From an uncultured Propionibacteriaceae bacterium (GTDB lineage Bacteria > Actinomycetota > Actinomycetes > Propionibacteriales > Propionibacteriaceae), in assembly GCA_964528755.1 (NCBI GenBank), contig CAZGWN010000036.1:1-34224 (forward strand): a DNA stretch of 34,224 nucleotides. Reading direction: 5' to 3'. The notes under the pieces are model-generated. The model made no database searches, had not been told where the DNA came from, and saw only the letters and a program-made list of their open reading frames with translations. This document shows, in pieces, positions 17,897 to 26,726 of this stretch. How positions within the stretch are numbered: the stretch's first letter is position 1; each line of letters starts with the position of its first letter. The position numbers and the translations under genes are program-made.

Positions 17897-18370
17897 ATGG
17901 CCCGTACCTTCGATCCGTTCCGCACGTTCGACGATCTGTTCGCCCAGTCCTTGCGTACGCCGACCTCGGTCGCCATGCCGATGGACCTCTATCGCGAGGC
18001 CGACAACTACTACGTCAAGATCGACCTGCCGGGTGTTGACCCGTCCACGATCGACGTCGACCTCGACGACCAGACCCTCACCGTCCGCGCCGAGCGCAAG
18101 CCGCAGGCCACCAAGGACGCCGAGTGGCTGACCCGGGAACGTCCGGCGGGCACCTTCGCCCGTCAGCTGACCCTGGGCACCGGGCTCGACGCCGAGCACA
18201 TCAACGCCGAGTACACCGACGGTGTGCTCGTGCTCACCATCCCGGTCGCCGAGCAGGCCAAGCCGCGCAAGATCTCGGTGGCCCACAAGTCCTCCGCCAT
18301 CGAGGGACAGGCGGAGGAGCAGCCCACCGAGACCGCCCAGCCCGTCCGGCAGCCGGTCGCCGCGAAGTAA
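17897..18370 (+). CDS. Hsp20/alpha-crystallin family small heat shock protein
   Basis: 157 aa. The ACD core 'YYVKIDLPGVDPSTIDVDLDDQTLTV...AEYTDGVLVLTIP' ends in the small-HSP I-x-V-type motif (here 'KISV'). GGAGATG RBS. Confidence 0.88.
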   Translation: MARTFDPFRTFDDLFAQSLRTPTSVAMPMDLYREADNYYVKIDLPGVDPSTIDVDLDDQTLTVRAERKPQATKDAEWLTRERPAGTFARQLTLGTGLDAEHINAEYTDGVLVLTIPVAEQAKPRKISVAHKSSAIEGQAEEQPTETAQPVRQPVAAK

Positions 18371-18451
18371 CGCCATAGCGCGCCCGCGCAATCACCGCTC
18401 CGTGAGTCGCCGTGGGCGGAGCGGTGCGCGTGAATCCGGCACAGCAGACAC

Positions 18452-18482
18452 GGGCCCGACCCCAGGGGTCGGGCCCGTTTTC
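18452..18482 (+). terminator. Intrinsic terminator: GGGCCCGACCC-cag-GGGTCGGGCCC followed by GTTTTCT
   Basis: Perfect 11-bp GC-rich stem plus a T-tract, 80 bp after the hsp20 stop. Lies between the convergent hsp20 and GT87 genes. Confidence 0.75.
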
Positions 18483-18518
18483 TGCGTTCGGGCGGCTCGG
18501 CGGGGGCCGGCGGCGGGC

Positions 18519-19754
18519 TCACTGGTGCCGGTGGGCACCGCGTCCCACCAGCTCCGTGACCAGCACCGCCACGAGCAGCGCCGCGCCCAGCAGCGGGGTG
18601 GCGGCACTGAGCAGGACCTGCCCCGGGGAGTAGTCGAGTTCCTGCATGCCGCCCGCGGGCAGGATCTGATAGGGCGCGATCCAGACCCACAGGACGAGAA
18701 CGGCGCCGATGCCGAGCACCCACCCGGACTGCGCCGGGTGTGCCTCGCGGCGGACGCGCTGGACGAGCAGGACGGCCAGCGGCACGATCCACACGAAGTG
18801 GTGGGTCCACGAGACCGGGGAGACCAGGGCACTGGTGAGCCCGACGAGCACGATGCCCAGCGCCTCCTCCCCTCGCCGGCGGAGGACGAGGGCGGCGGCG
18901 ATGCCGAGCACCAGGACGATCACCGAGACCGCCGTCCCCACGGCCGGTCCCGTGGTCAGCCCGAACGCCCGCATCGCCGCGCCGGTGAAAGACTGGTTGT
19001 CCAGATAGATCGGGTCGGACTCGAACCCGACCGAGTGCGTCGTCGCCAGGCGGTGCCAGTAGAACGCCGAGTAGCCCGGCAGCACTGCCCACCCGATCGC
19101 GGTGAGTACGGCCGCGGTGACGATGGCGACCAGCGCCTCGCGCCGGCGCCGGGCGAGCAGCAGGTAGACGATGAACAGGCCCGGCGTCAGCTTGATCGCG
19201 GTCATCAGGCCGACGATCCAGCCGGCCGGCAGACGACGACGCCCCGGCGCCCCCGGCATGATGTCCAGCAGGATCAGACAGGTCAGCAGGATCTCGACCT
19301 GTCCGAGAGCCGTGGACAGGGTCACCGGCACCGCGGTGGCGATGGCGGCCGCCGCGACCAGTGAGGCCGGCCGGCCCCGCAGCCCGCAGCGGTGCACCAC
19401 GGCGATGATGCCCGCCCAGCCGGCGATCGCCCACAGGATTTTCCACCCGGCGGTGGGTCCCAGCAGGAAGACCATGAACCCGATTGCGGCGATCGGCGGG
19501 TAGACGAAGGCATTCGGGCCGTCGCGATAGAGCTCCCCGCCGTGCAGCGCGGCCCTCGCCCCGTCGACGTAGATGCCGAAGTCGGCCATCGCGCCGGCGA
19601 GCCCGTCCGGGGACAGCGCCTGCGGGATGAGCCAGGACACGAGGCCGGCCACGATCGGCAGGCCGAGCTGGGCGAGGACCCGGATCCGCGCACGCCGGTC
19701 CTGCGGCCCCGGCCGTTCGTACGTGTCGGTGCGGGTGTCCACGGTTGCCTCCAC
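18519..19754 (-). CDS. GT87/DUF2029 family integral-membrane glycosyltransferase (polyprenyl-phosphate-sugar dependent, GT-C-like)
   Basis: 411 aa with ~10 TM helices and an 'AIKLTPGLF' motif typical of DUF2029 mannosyltransferases. GTG start. Confidence 0.65.
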   Translation of the reverse strand: MEATVDTRTDTYERPGPQDRRARIRVLAQLGLPIVAGLVSWLIPQALSPDGLAGAMADFGIYVDGARAALHGGELYRDGPNAFVYPPIAAIGFMVFLLGPTAGWKILWAIAGWAGIIAVVHRCGLRGRPASLVAAAAIATAVPVTLSTALGQVEILLTCLILLDIMPGAPGRRRLPAGWIVGLMTAIKLTPGLFIVYLLLARRRREALVAIVTAAVLTAIGWAVLPGYSAFYWHRLATTHSVGFESDPIYLDNQSFTGAAMRAFGLTTGPAVGTAVSVIVLVLGIAAALVLRRRGEEALGIVLVGLTSALVSPVSWTHHFVWIVPLAVLLVQRVRREAHPAQSGWVLGIGAVLVLWVWIAPYQILPAGGMQELDYSPGQVLLSAATPLLGAALLVAVLVTELVGRGAHRHQ

Positions 19755-19882
19755 GGGCCCATCCTGTCATCTCCGAGTCCGGGCCCGGCGGCGCGGACAG
19801 CGACCCGCTGACCCGTCGCCGGGCATCCTGGTCGATGATCGTTCAGGAGACCGTCCGCCCCCACGAGCAAGGAGACATACCC

Positions 19883-21334
19883 ATGGGGACTGCTGTTGTT
19901 GTCGGCATCATCGCCGTCGTCGTCGTCGCTGCGGCCATCGCGGTGCCGATCATGGTCCGCGGCTGGATCAAGGTGGCCCGCGCCGACGAGGCGCTGGTCA
20001 TCTCGGGACGGCGCCAGAAGACCGAGACCGGGGACTCGCCGGTCACGGTGATCGTGTCGGGTCGGGCGGTGGTCAACCCGTTCCTGCAACGGGCCGAGTT
20101 GATCTCGCTGCGATCACGCCAGGTGGCGATGACCGCCGAGGCGCAGTCCGAGGACAACGTGACCCTGCAGGTGGAGGCGGTCGCGATCGTCAAGGTCGGA
20201 TCCTCGGCCGAGCTGGTCCGCCGGGCCGCCGAACGGTTCGCCTCCCAGGACGCCGCGATCGAGCACTTCACCACCGAGCAGCTGGAGGGCGCCCTCCGCG
20301 GGGTCGTGGCGACCCTGCCGGTCACCGGGCTGATGCGCGACCGCAAGAAGTTCTCCGAGCAGATCGCCTCCGACGTCGCCACCGAGCTGGCCGAGCAGGG
20401 GCTCATCCTGGACTCGTTCCAGATCAAGGGCATCACCGATCAGGTCGGCTACATCTCCTCGCTGGGCATCCCCCAGGTCGAGGCGAAGCGGCGCGAGGCC
20501 GAGATCGCCCAGACCGACGTGAAGCGGGCGATCACGGCCCGCGAGATCGCCACCGCCGAGGAGAACCTGATCGAGCAGACCCGGCTGGATCAGAACCGGG
20601 CGAACGCCGCGGCCGAGGTCGGCAAGGCCCGCGCCGAGGCGGAGCAGGCCGCCGCACTGGCCCGGGCCAGCGCCGAACAGTCGGTGCTGGTGCAGGAGGC
20701 CGAGAACCGGCAGGCGCAACTGGACGCGGACGTCAAGCGGGTCGCCGACGCCGAACGATACAAGCGTCAGCAGGCCGCCGAGGCGGCCGCGTTCGAACAG
20801 GCCAAGAAGGCCGAGGCCGCCGCGAAGGTGGCCCAGGCCGAGGCCGACGCGGCCCGCTACTCGCGTGCGCAGGCCGCCGAGGTGGCCGCGTTCGAGGAGA
20901 TCAAGCGCGCCGAGGCGCTGGCCCGCTCGGCCACCGCCGAGGCGGAGGCCACCCGCCAGAAGGCCCAGGCCGAGGCGGAGGCGGTCCGGCTGGCCGGTCA
21001 GGCGAAGGCGGACGCGATCGAGGCCGAGGCGGCCGCCCTCGCCCGCAACCAGGAGGCGCTGCTGGCCCGCCAGGCCCTGGACCAACTGCCCACCCTGATG
21101 GAGGCCTTCGCCGCCGGGTACGCCAAGGTCGGGTCGGTGACCGTGATCGGATCCGGCAACGACACGGCACCCGGCGCCCGGATGGCCGCCGAACAGGGGG
21201 TCGCCCTGGCCGGGGTCTTCGAGTCGGTCAAGGCGACGACCGGGCTCGACCTGGGTGAGTTGATCGCGGGCCGGGCCACCGGGCGGGCGATCGGCGAGGC
21301 CGTGTCCGGCTCCGGCTCCGGCTCCGGCAACTGA
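19883..21334 (+). CDS. Flotillin/SPFH (band 7) domain protein, YuaG/FloT-like
   Basis: N-terminal TM 'MGTAVVVGIIAVVVVAAAIAVPIMVRGWIKVARADEALVISG', an SPFH domain, then a long Ala/Glu-rich coiled coil (EA repeats). AAGGAGA RBS at 19868. Confidence 0.82.
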   Translation: MGTAVVVGIIAVVVVAAAIAVPIMVRGWIKVARADEALVISGRRQKTETGDSPVTVIVSGRAVVNPFLQRAELISLRSRQVAMTAEAQSEDNVTLQVEAVAIVKVGSSAELVRRAAERFASQDAAIEHFTTEQLEGALRGVVATLPVTGLMRDRKKFSEQIASDVATELAEQGLILDSFQIKGITDQVGYISSLGIPQVEAKRREAEIAQTDVKRAITAREIATAEENLIEQTRLDQNRANAAAEVGKARAEAEQAAALARASAEQSVLVQEAENRQAQLDADVKRVADAERYKRQQAAEAAAFEQAKKAEAAAKVAQAEADAARYSRAQAAEVAAFEEIKRAEALARSATAEAEATRQKAQAEAEAVRLAGQAKADAIEAEAAALARNQEALLARQALDQLPTLMEAFAAGYAKVGSVTVIGSGNDTAPGARMAAEQGVALAGVFESVKATTGLDLGELIAGRATGRAIGEAVSGSGSGSGN

Positions 21335-21356
21335 GAGCCCGCCCCGCGTACACGGC

Positions 21357-21713
21357 TCAGTGTCGCCCGCGCAGTTCGTCGATCTGGCGACGCTCCTTCT
21401 TGGTCGGCCGTCCGGCCCCGCGGTCCCGGCGGGCCACCGGCGCCGACAGGTACGCCGGGCGTTCCGGGGAGTGATCGACGTACGCCTTGACGGCCAACGG
21501 CGCCCCGACCCGCTTGTCGAGGAGCTGGACGACCTCGAACTCCCGGTCCCAGCCGGGCGTGCGGATGACCACCCGGTCGCCCGGATGCAGGCTCTGGGCC
21601 GGCTTGGTCGGGGCGCCGTTGACCCGGATGTGCCCGCCTTTGCAGGCCTCGGTCGCCTGGGAGCGGGTCTTGAACAGGCGCACCGACCACAGCCACGCGT
21701 CGACCCTGGTCAT
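21357..21713 (-). CDS. S4-domain RNA-binding protein (Hsp15/HslR-like)
   Basis: 'MTRVDAWLWSVRLFKTRSQATEACKGGHIRVNGAPTKPAQSLHPGDRVVI', an S4 fold of the ribosome-associated heat shock protein 15 type. Strong CAGGAGGTG RBS. Starts 22 bp after the MazF-like stop. Confidence 0.7.
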   Translation of the reverse strand: MTRVDAWLWSVRLFKTRSQATEACKGGHIRVNGAPTKPAQSLHPGDRVVIRTPGWDREFEVVQLLDKRVGAPLAVKAYVDHSPERPAYLSAPVARRDRGAGRPTKKERRQIDELRGRH

Positions 21714-21735
21714 CGGCACCTCCTGGGGCTCACCA

Positions 21736-22107
21736 CTATTGCCTCCTGCCCATGGAGTCGGCCGCACCATGGGTCGATGGCGGCTCACAATCGACCGCCG
21801 CGGCCAGGGCGGCGCACAGCTCACGCATCCGGCTCCCATCGAGCCGGCCCAGCCTTGACACGAGGAGCCCCACCGACACTCTTTCGACGAAGTCGAGGCT
21901 GACCACGCACGGCTGCGGTACAGGGTCGCGGCCCGGCTCGAGCGCGACCTCGGTCACCAGATCGCGGACGTTCGTCGTGCACGGAGCGACCAGCGCCCTC
22001 CCGAGCCGAGGGATCACCACATCTCGGCTCAACACCACGACCGGCCGACGTCCGATGTCCGGCGGCTCACACCACCAGACGTCCCCGCGGCTGACTCGAC
22101 CCCTCAC
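21736..22107 (-). CDS. Type II toxin, MazF/PemK family endoribonuclease
   Basis: 123 aa. 'MRGRVSRGDVWWCEPPDIGRRPVVVLSRD...APCTT' matches the MazF/PemK hallmark motifs RGD(I/V)WW and RP(A/V)LV(V/L)S. Its start overlaps the upstream antitoxin stop by 4 nt. Confidence 0.8.
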   Translation of the reverse strand: MRGRVSRGDVWWCEPPDIGRRPVVVLSRDVVIPRLGRALVAPCTTNVRDLVTEVALEPGRDPVPQPCVVSLDFVERVSVGLLVSRLGRLDGSRMRELCAALAAAVDCEPPSTHGAADSMGRRQ

Positions 22108-22340
22108 GACGCACCGGCCGCCTCGCCGAACGACGCCAGGTCACCCCACGCGTCGGGGGTGTCGATCGGCACGCGATCGTACGCCTCGAAGGTCGCGTCC
22201 ACCGCAGCCCGTCGGTGCTGCGTCAGCAGAGCCGTCAGGGCCGCCTCCACCATGGAGGCATCGGTCTCTCCGACATGCAGATCCCTGGCCGCCGCCAACA
22301 AGTCACGGTCCACGGTCGTGCTCAGCCTCACCTTTACCAT
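22104..22340 (-). CDS. Cognate antitoxin, ~78 aa MazE/RHH-like
   Basis: 'MVKVRLSTTVDRDLLAAARDL...' is a small acidic C-terminus protein. It overlaps the toxin gene by 4 bp and is preceded by an operator-like inverted repeat. The annotated 138 aa ORF is an upstream extension. Confidence 0.65.
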   Translation of the reverse strand: MVKVRLSTTVDRDLLAAARDLHVGETDASMVEAALTALLTQHRRAAVDATFEAYDRVPIDTPDAWGDLASFGEAAGAS

Positions 22341-22366
22341 GCCACGATCATGCCACTGTCGTGGCA
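22341..22366. promoter_or_regulatory. Inverted repeat GCCACGA-N12-TCGTGGC at the start of the antitoxin gene (candidate TA autoregulatory operator)
   Basis: Perfect 7-bp arms read from the sequence. Lies in the 41-bp gap between the DUF218 stop and the antitoxin start. Confidence 0.4.
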
Positions 22367-22381
22367 CTGGATCAAGGGCGC

Positions 22382-23023
22382 TCAGCAGCCGGGCTGGAAG
22401 CGCGATTTGAGCCATGCCCCGGACTGGTAGGCGAACGAGAACAGCCATTGCCCGACCGAGTGCGGCTGACGGAACTCCCACACCTCGACCGTCGGGCCGT
22501 CGACGCACCGGTTCATCCACATCCGGGCCCGGGCGACGTGAGCGGTGGTGGTGAGCACGGCGACGTGGTCCCAGCCGCGCTCGGCGGCCACCCGGTTGAG
22601 CAGGCGGGCCTCACCCCTCGTCGTGTACGGGTCCGGGTCGACGCACTCGATGATGATGTCGGGCAGGCCCGGATAGCCGGCACAGTAGTCCCGCGGATAG
22701 CGTTCACCGGTGCGTGGGTCGACCGACACCGTGGTCAGGATCGTGGCGGTCAGGCCACTCCGCGCCAGGTCGATCGCCAGCGGCATCCGCTCCTCGGCAG
22801 GCCCGATGACGTACAGGGCGTCGACCGGCTGGGGCTGATCCACCCGCGGGTGGACGACGAAGCGCCAGCACAGTCCGAGCCAGACCAGGACGGCCGCGAC
22901 CAGCGCGATCAGGATGATGAGGAATGTACGCACCCGGTGGCGTCGCCGGTCAGGTCGCTCTCGCGGGTACGCATGGCGGCCTCCGCCGATGCCCATCGGT
23001 GTTTCGGCCCCAGGCTCCGCCAC
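22382..23023 (-). CDS. DUF218/YdcF-SanA-like membrane-anchored protein
   Basis: 213 aa. N-terminal TM 'FLIILIALVAAVLVWLGLCW' followed by a DUF218-like core ('DALYVIGPAEERMPLAIDLARSG', 'VAVLTTTAHVARARMW'). Confidence 0.6.
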   Translation of the reverse strand: MAEPGAETPMGIGGGRHAYPRERPDRRRHRVRTFLIILIALVAAVLVWLGLCWRFVVHPRVDQPQPVDALYVIGPAEERMPLAIDLARSGLTATILTTVSVDPRTGERYPRDYCAGYPGLPDIIIECVDPDPYTTRGEARLLNRVAAERGWDHVAVLTTTAHVARARMWMNRCVDGPTVEVWEFRQPHSVGQWLFSFAYQSGAWLKSRFQPGC

Positions 23024-23032
23024 AGGCCCAGC

Positions 23033-23905
23033 CTACTGGCGGCCGCGGGCGAGTTGTTGGAGGAGGTAGGTGCCGTAGCCGGACTTGACCAGGCTCTCGG
23101 CCCGGGCGCGCAACTCGTCGTCGGACAAGAACCCCATCCGCCAGGCCGCCTCCTCCGGACACCCCACCTGCAACCCCTGCCGGGCCTGCAGGGTCCGCAC
23201 ATAGTTGCCCGCATCGTTCAACGAGTCGAACGTGCCGGTGTCCAGCCACGCCGTCCCCCGCGGCAACACCTCCACCTGCAGGCGACCCGCACGCAGATAG
23301 TGATCGTTGACGTCGGTGATCTCGTACTCCCCCCGCGCCGACGGCTGCAAGGATCGCGCGATCTCGACCACCTGGTTGTCATAGAAATACAGCCCCGGCA
23401 CCGCAAAATTCGACCGCGGCACCGCCGGCTTCTCCTGCACCGACAACGCCCGCCCCGACCCGTCGAACTCGACCACCCCGTACGCGGACGGGTCGGCCAC
23501 CCAGTAGGCGAACACCGCCGCACCCTCCAGACTCTCAAACCGGCGCAGCCGGGTCCCCAGACCCGGACCGTAGAAGATGTTGTCACCCAACACCAACGCG
23601 ACCCGATCGGACCCGATGAACCCCGCCCCGATCGTGAACGCCTGCGCCAGACCCCTCGGCTCCGGCTGCGTCGCGTAGGACAGCGACACCCCGTAGCGCG
23701 ACCCGTCACCCAACAACCGCTCGAACGCGGGCGCGTCGGCCGGGGTGGTGATGATCAAAATGTCGCGGATCCCCGCCAGGATCAGCGTCGTCAACGGGTA
23801 ATAGATCATCGGCTTGTCATAGACCGGCACCAACTGCTTCGACACCCCGATCGTGATCGGATGAAGACGCGTACCAGCCCCACCAGCCAAAATGATCCCC
23901 CGCAT
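23033..23905 (-). CDS. rmlA: Glucose-1-phosphate thymidylyltransferase
   Basis: '[38 protein letters not shown]...' is the canonical RmlA N-terminus. ~290 aa. The annotated 396 aa ORF is an upstream extension. Confidence 0.9.
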   Translation of the reverse strand: MRGIILAGGAGTRLHPITIGVSKQLVPVYDKPMIYYPLTTLILAGIRDILIITTPADAPAFERLLGDGSRYGVSLSYATQPEPRGLAQAFTIGAGFIGSDRVALVLGDNIFYGPGLGTRLRRFESLEGAAVFAYWVADPSAYGVVEFDGSGRALSVQEKPAVPRSNFAVPGLYFYDNQVVEIARSLQPSARGEYEITDVNDHYLRAGRLQVEVLPRGTAWLDTGTFDSLNDAGNYVRTLQARQGLQVGCPEEAAWRMGFLSDDELRARAESLVKSGYGTYLLQQLARGRQ

Positions 23906-24093
23906 AAACCCGACTCTGGCAGCCCGGCCGAGGAGCCGCAAGTCGGGAGCCACCGGCGGTCGCGCCCGGGACCACCGTCGGTCCGCAGGAAGGGAAACCC
24001 AACTTGGCGCGGCCGCCGCACCCTGATAGTTTCTGACCCGGATGCTCGGGAGCATCCGGTCGGAAAGCAAGACGCAAACCTTGGGGGACGTCC

Positions 24094-24648
24094 ATGCGCA
24101 GTGAACACAGGTCAACTCAGGCGGCCACGTCACGGCCGTCACGCCGCACCGTCGTGCAGGGAGCCGCGTGGGCCACGCCGGCGATTGCGCTCGGCAGTGC
24201 CGTGCCCGCCATGGCCGCCTCACCGACTCCGGGCGAGTGCCTGGTGTTCTCCCTGGCCGGTGACTCCTGCAAGTGGCCCGGCTCGGGGAGCAAATGGTCG
24301 TACCACCTCGTTCTTTGCGTGGCGAAGTCCCCCTCCTGCGCTGACACCGGCGAGGCGACGCTCACAATCACCCGCCTCACGAACAACGCCGATAAGCCCC
24401 TGACGTCTTGCGGTGACACCCCGTTCCCGCTGACGTTGACCGTGCCCGCGACCGGCCAGATCTGCCGCGACCTCGGCGCCTTCCGCTCTGAAAGCTCCGC
24501 CAGCAAGATCGTCATTTACGGCAGCGCGGGCGGCACCGGGACCGTTAAGCTCGGGGAAGTAGACGCCCCCCGGATTGCGGCGAGGACGACGAGAGCCCCT
24601 GCGCCTCCTGAGCCCCGCGGTCGCGCCGGCGGCTACCATGCTGACTAG
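24094..24648 (+). CDS. Small secreted Cys-rich hypothetical protein with a Tat-like signal ([12 protein letters not shown])
   Basis: 184 aa. Twin-arginine motif plus hydrophobic segment, with predicted AMA-ASP cleavage. Seven Cys in the mature part. GGGGGACG RBS. Divergent from rmlA. Confidence 0.45.
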   Translation: MRSEHRSTQAATSRPSRRTVVQGAAWATPAIALGSAVPAMAASPTPGECLVFSLAGDSCKWPGSGSKWSYHLVLCVAKSPSCADTGEATLTITRLTNNADKPLTSCGDTPFPLTLTVPATGQICRDLGAFRSESSASKIVIYGSAGGTGTVKLGEVDAPRIAARTTRAPAPPEPRGRAGGYHAD

Positions 24649-24686
24649 GTTCGGCCGTCCGTGCCGCACATACACTCGGGGGATGC

Positions 24687-26522
24687 ATGCGCACAGGCAG
24701 TCCTGAGGGACCGGCCTGGCTGAGGAACGTTCAGAGGGTCAGGCGGCCGCTCACACTGGTTCCGTGGCGGATGCGCGGGAAGCTCTTCCTGCTGGGCGCT
24801 GCCAGTGTCCTGTCCGCGCTCCTGGATCTGGCGGGCGTGCTGGCCATGATGCCGCTGATGCAGCTCCTCACAGTGCCGGACTCGGTGCCCGGCGTCCTGC
24901 AGCGTTTCCTGGTGCCGGTCGTCGGCACGGACAACCGGCGGACCCTCCTGCTGGCCACCGCGCTGTTTGTCGGCCTCATGTTCATCCTCAAGAACGTGAC
25001 GATGGTCGTCCTGCGCTGGTGGAGCATCGGGGTCACCTCCCGAGCGTCGGCAGCCGCCCAGGCCACGTTGCTCGACAAGTACGTCCACGCGTCGTACGCC
25101 TCCCACCGCCAGCGCACCAAACCCAAGATCATCCAGGCCGTCACGGGGGCCGTGGACTCCTACTTCGCCGGGGTGCTGCTCGGCGTCATCGGGATCCTCA
25201 CCGACCTGGTCACGGCCGCCGTCCTGCTGATCTCGCTCCTCGTTCTCGCCCCCGTGGCGTCACTGGTGGCCGCCGTCGTCTTCTGTGGTGCCGCGCTGTT
25301 CATGGTTCGTGTCCTCAAGCCGTACGCCATCCGCCTCGGACTCCGCGGTCTCGAGCTCAGCACGCGCATGTGGAGCTATCTCAACCCGGCCATCGAAGGA
25401 TTCCGGGAATCCCGCATCTTCGGACGCGAGGACTTCTTCGTTCAGCAGTTCCGAGCGAATCGCTTCGAGTCGATCAACCCCAAGCGGGGCAATCAGGTGC
25501 TGGGCGAACTGCCGCGGTACTTCATGGAGATCGTCATGATCTTCGGGATCCTCGCCGTCGCCATCCTCGTGTTCTCCACCCGTCCCGACGGCGAGGCCTT
25601 CGGCCTGTTGGCGGTCTTCGCCGCGGCATCGGTCCGGATCGCCCCTGCGCTGAACCGGGTGGTCGCCGCGGTCAACGGGCTGCGCTCGAGCGCGGCGTCG
25701 CTCGACATGCTCCTCGAGGAAATGACCAACCTCGACTCCGAGGACTCCACCGTCACCGAGGCCACGGACGATGTCCAGACGATTCCCGACGGCGACATCG
25801 ACGTCGCAGACGTGAGTTTCCGCTACCCCGACGCGTCAACCGACGTCCTCACCGACATCACCGTCACCATCCCTCGCGGTCGCACCATCGCCCTCGTCGG
25901 ATCCTCCGGCGCAGGCAAGACGACGTTCGCCGATCTGCTGCTGGGCCTGCTGGTCCCGACATCGGGCACCATCTCGGTGAGCGGCATCGACGTTTCCCGC
26001 CACCCGCATGCCTGGCGCCGAAGCGTCGCGGCCGTCTCCCAAAAGGTCTACCTGTGGGACGCCCCCGTCCGCGACCTCATCACCTTCGGACAACCCGCCG
26101 ACGACGTCGACCACGAACTGCTGACCCAGGTGACCCGACAGGCCCGCCTCGAGGACATCATCGCCTCGCTCCCACACGGACTCGACACCTACGTAGGCGA
26201 AGGCGGCACCCGCCTCTCCGGCGGCCAGGCCCAACGCATCGGCATCGCCCGCGCCCTGTACGCCCAGCCGCACGTGCTGATCATGGACGAGGCCACCAGC
26301 GCCCTGGACAACGAAACCGAACATGAGATCACCTCCACGATCGACGCCCTGCACGGCCAACTCACCGTCATCGTCATCGCCCACCGCCTCTCCACGGTAC
26401 GCAACGCCGACCAGATCCTGTTCTTCTCCCAAGGCCGCCTCGCCGACCGCGGCTCGATGTCCTCACTACGCCAGACAAACGCCGAATTCGCCCACCTCGT
26501 CGAACTCGGGCAGTTGGCGTAG
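24687..26522 (+). CDS. ABC transporter, fused permease/ATPase (type I exporter)
   Basis: Six N-terminal TM helices. Walker A 'GSSGAGKTT', signature 'LSGGQAQRIGIARAL', Walker B 'LIMDEATSALD', H-loop 'IAHRL'. Start uncertain between 24687 and 24771. Confidence 0.85.
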   Translation: MRTGSPEGPAWLRNVQRVRRPLTLVPWRMRGKLFLLGAASVLSALLDLAGVLAMMPLMQLLTVPDSVPGVLQRFLVPVVGTDNRRTLLLATALFVGLMFILKNVTMVVLRWWSIGVTSRASAAAQATLLDKYVHASYASHRQRTKPKIIQAVTGAVDSYFAGVLLGVIGILTDLVTAAVLLISLLVLAPVASLVAAVVFCGAALFMVRVLKPYAIRLGLRGLELSTRMWSYLNPAIEGFRESRIFGREDFFVQQFRANRFESINPKRGNQVLGELPRYFMEIVMIFGILAVAILVFSTRPDGEAFGLLAVFAAASVRIAPALNRVVAAVNGLRSSAASLDMLLEEMTNLDSEDSTVTEATDDVQTIPDGDIDVADVSFRYPDASTDVLTDITVTIPRGRTIALVGSSGAGKTTFADLLLGLLVPTSGTISVSGIDVSRHPHAWRRSVAAVSQKVYLWDAPVRDLITFGQPADDVDHELLTQVTRQARLEDIIASLPHGLDTYVGEGGTRLSGGQAQRIGIARALYAQPHVLIMDEATSALDNETEHEITSTIDALHGQLTVIVIAHRLSTVRNADQILFFSQGRLADRGSMSSLRQTNAEFAHLVELGQLA

Positions 26523-26726
26523 CCGCCCGGCCGCCACTACCCGGGGCCGCACGAACGCCCTCTCGCACTCCTCGCCCTGGCTCGAAAGTCGTCTGACAGC
26601 GACGTCACTGGCAACCCATCGCCCTCCACACCGATTCGCGTCGATCACAGAGAATTCATTAGTAAAGACACCAACCTTCCAAGGAACCCGCAGAAGGTCC
26701 ACTAGTGTCGCGTTTCCGACAGTGGA

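Noticed and set aside
18163-19770. 535 aa minus-strand and 380 aa plus-strand ORFs overlapping hsp20 and the GT87 gene
   Set aside because: Conflict with the hsp20 ACD domain and the multi-TM GT87 frame. Arg/Gly-rich artefacts.
19573-21258. 561 aa plus-strand ORF in an alternative frame of the flotillin gene
   Set aside because: The Gly/Arg-rich translation comes from the GC-rich Ala/Glu coiled-coil coding DNA. The flotillin frame has SPFH motifs and a proper RBS.
21752-24403. 883 aa plus-strand ORF crossing the MazEF, DUF218 and rmlA loci
   Set aside because: Antisense to four minus-strand genes with clear family signatures. No domain content.
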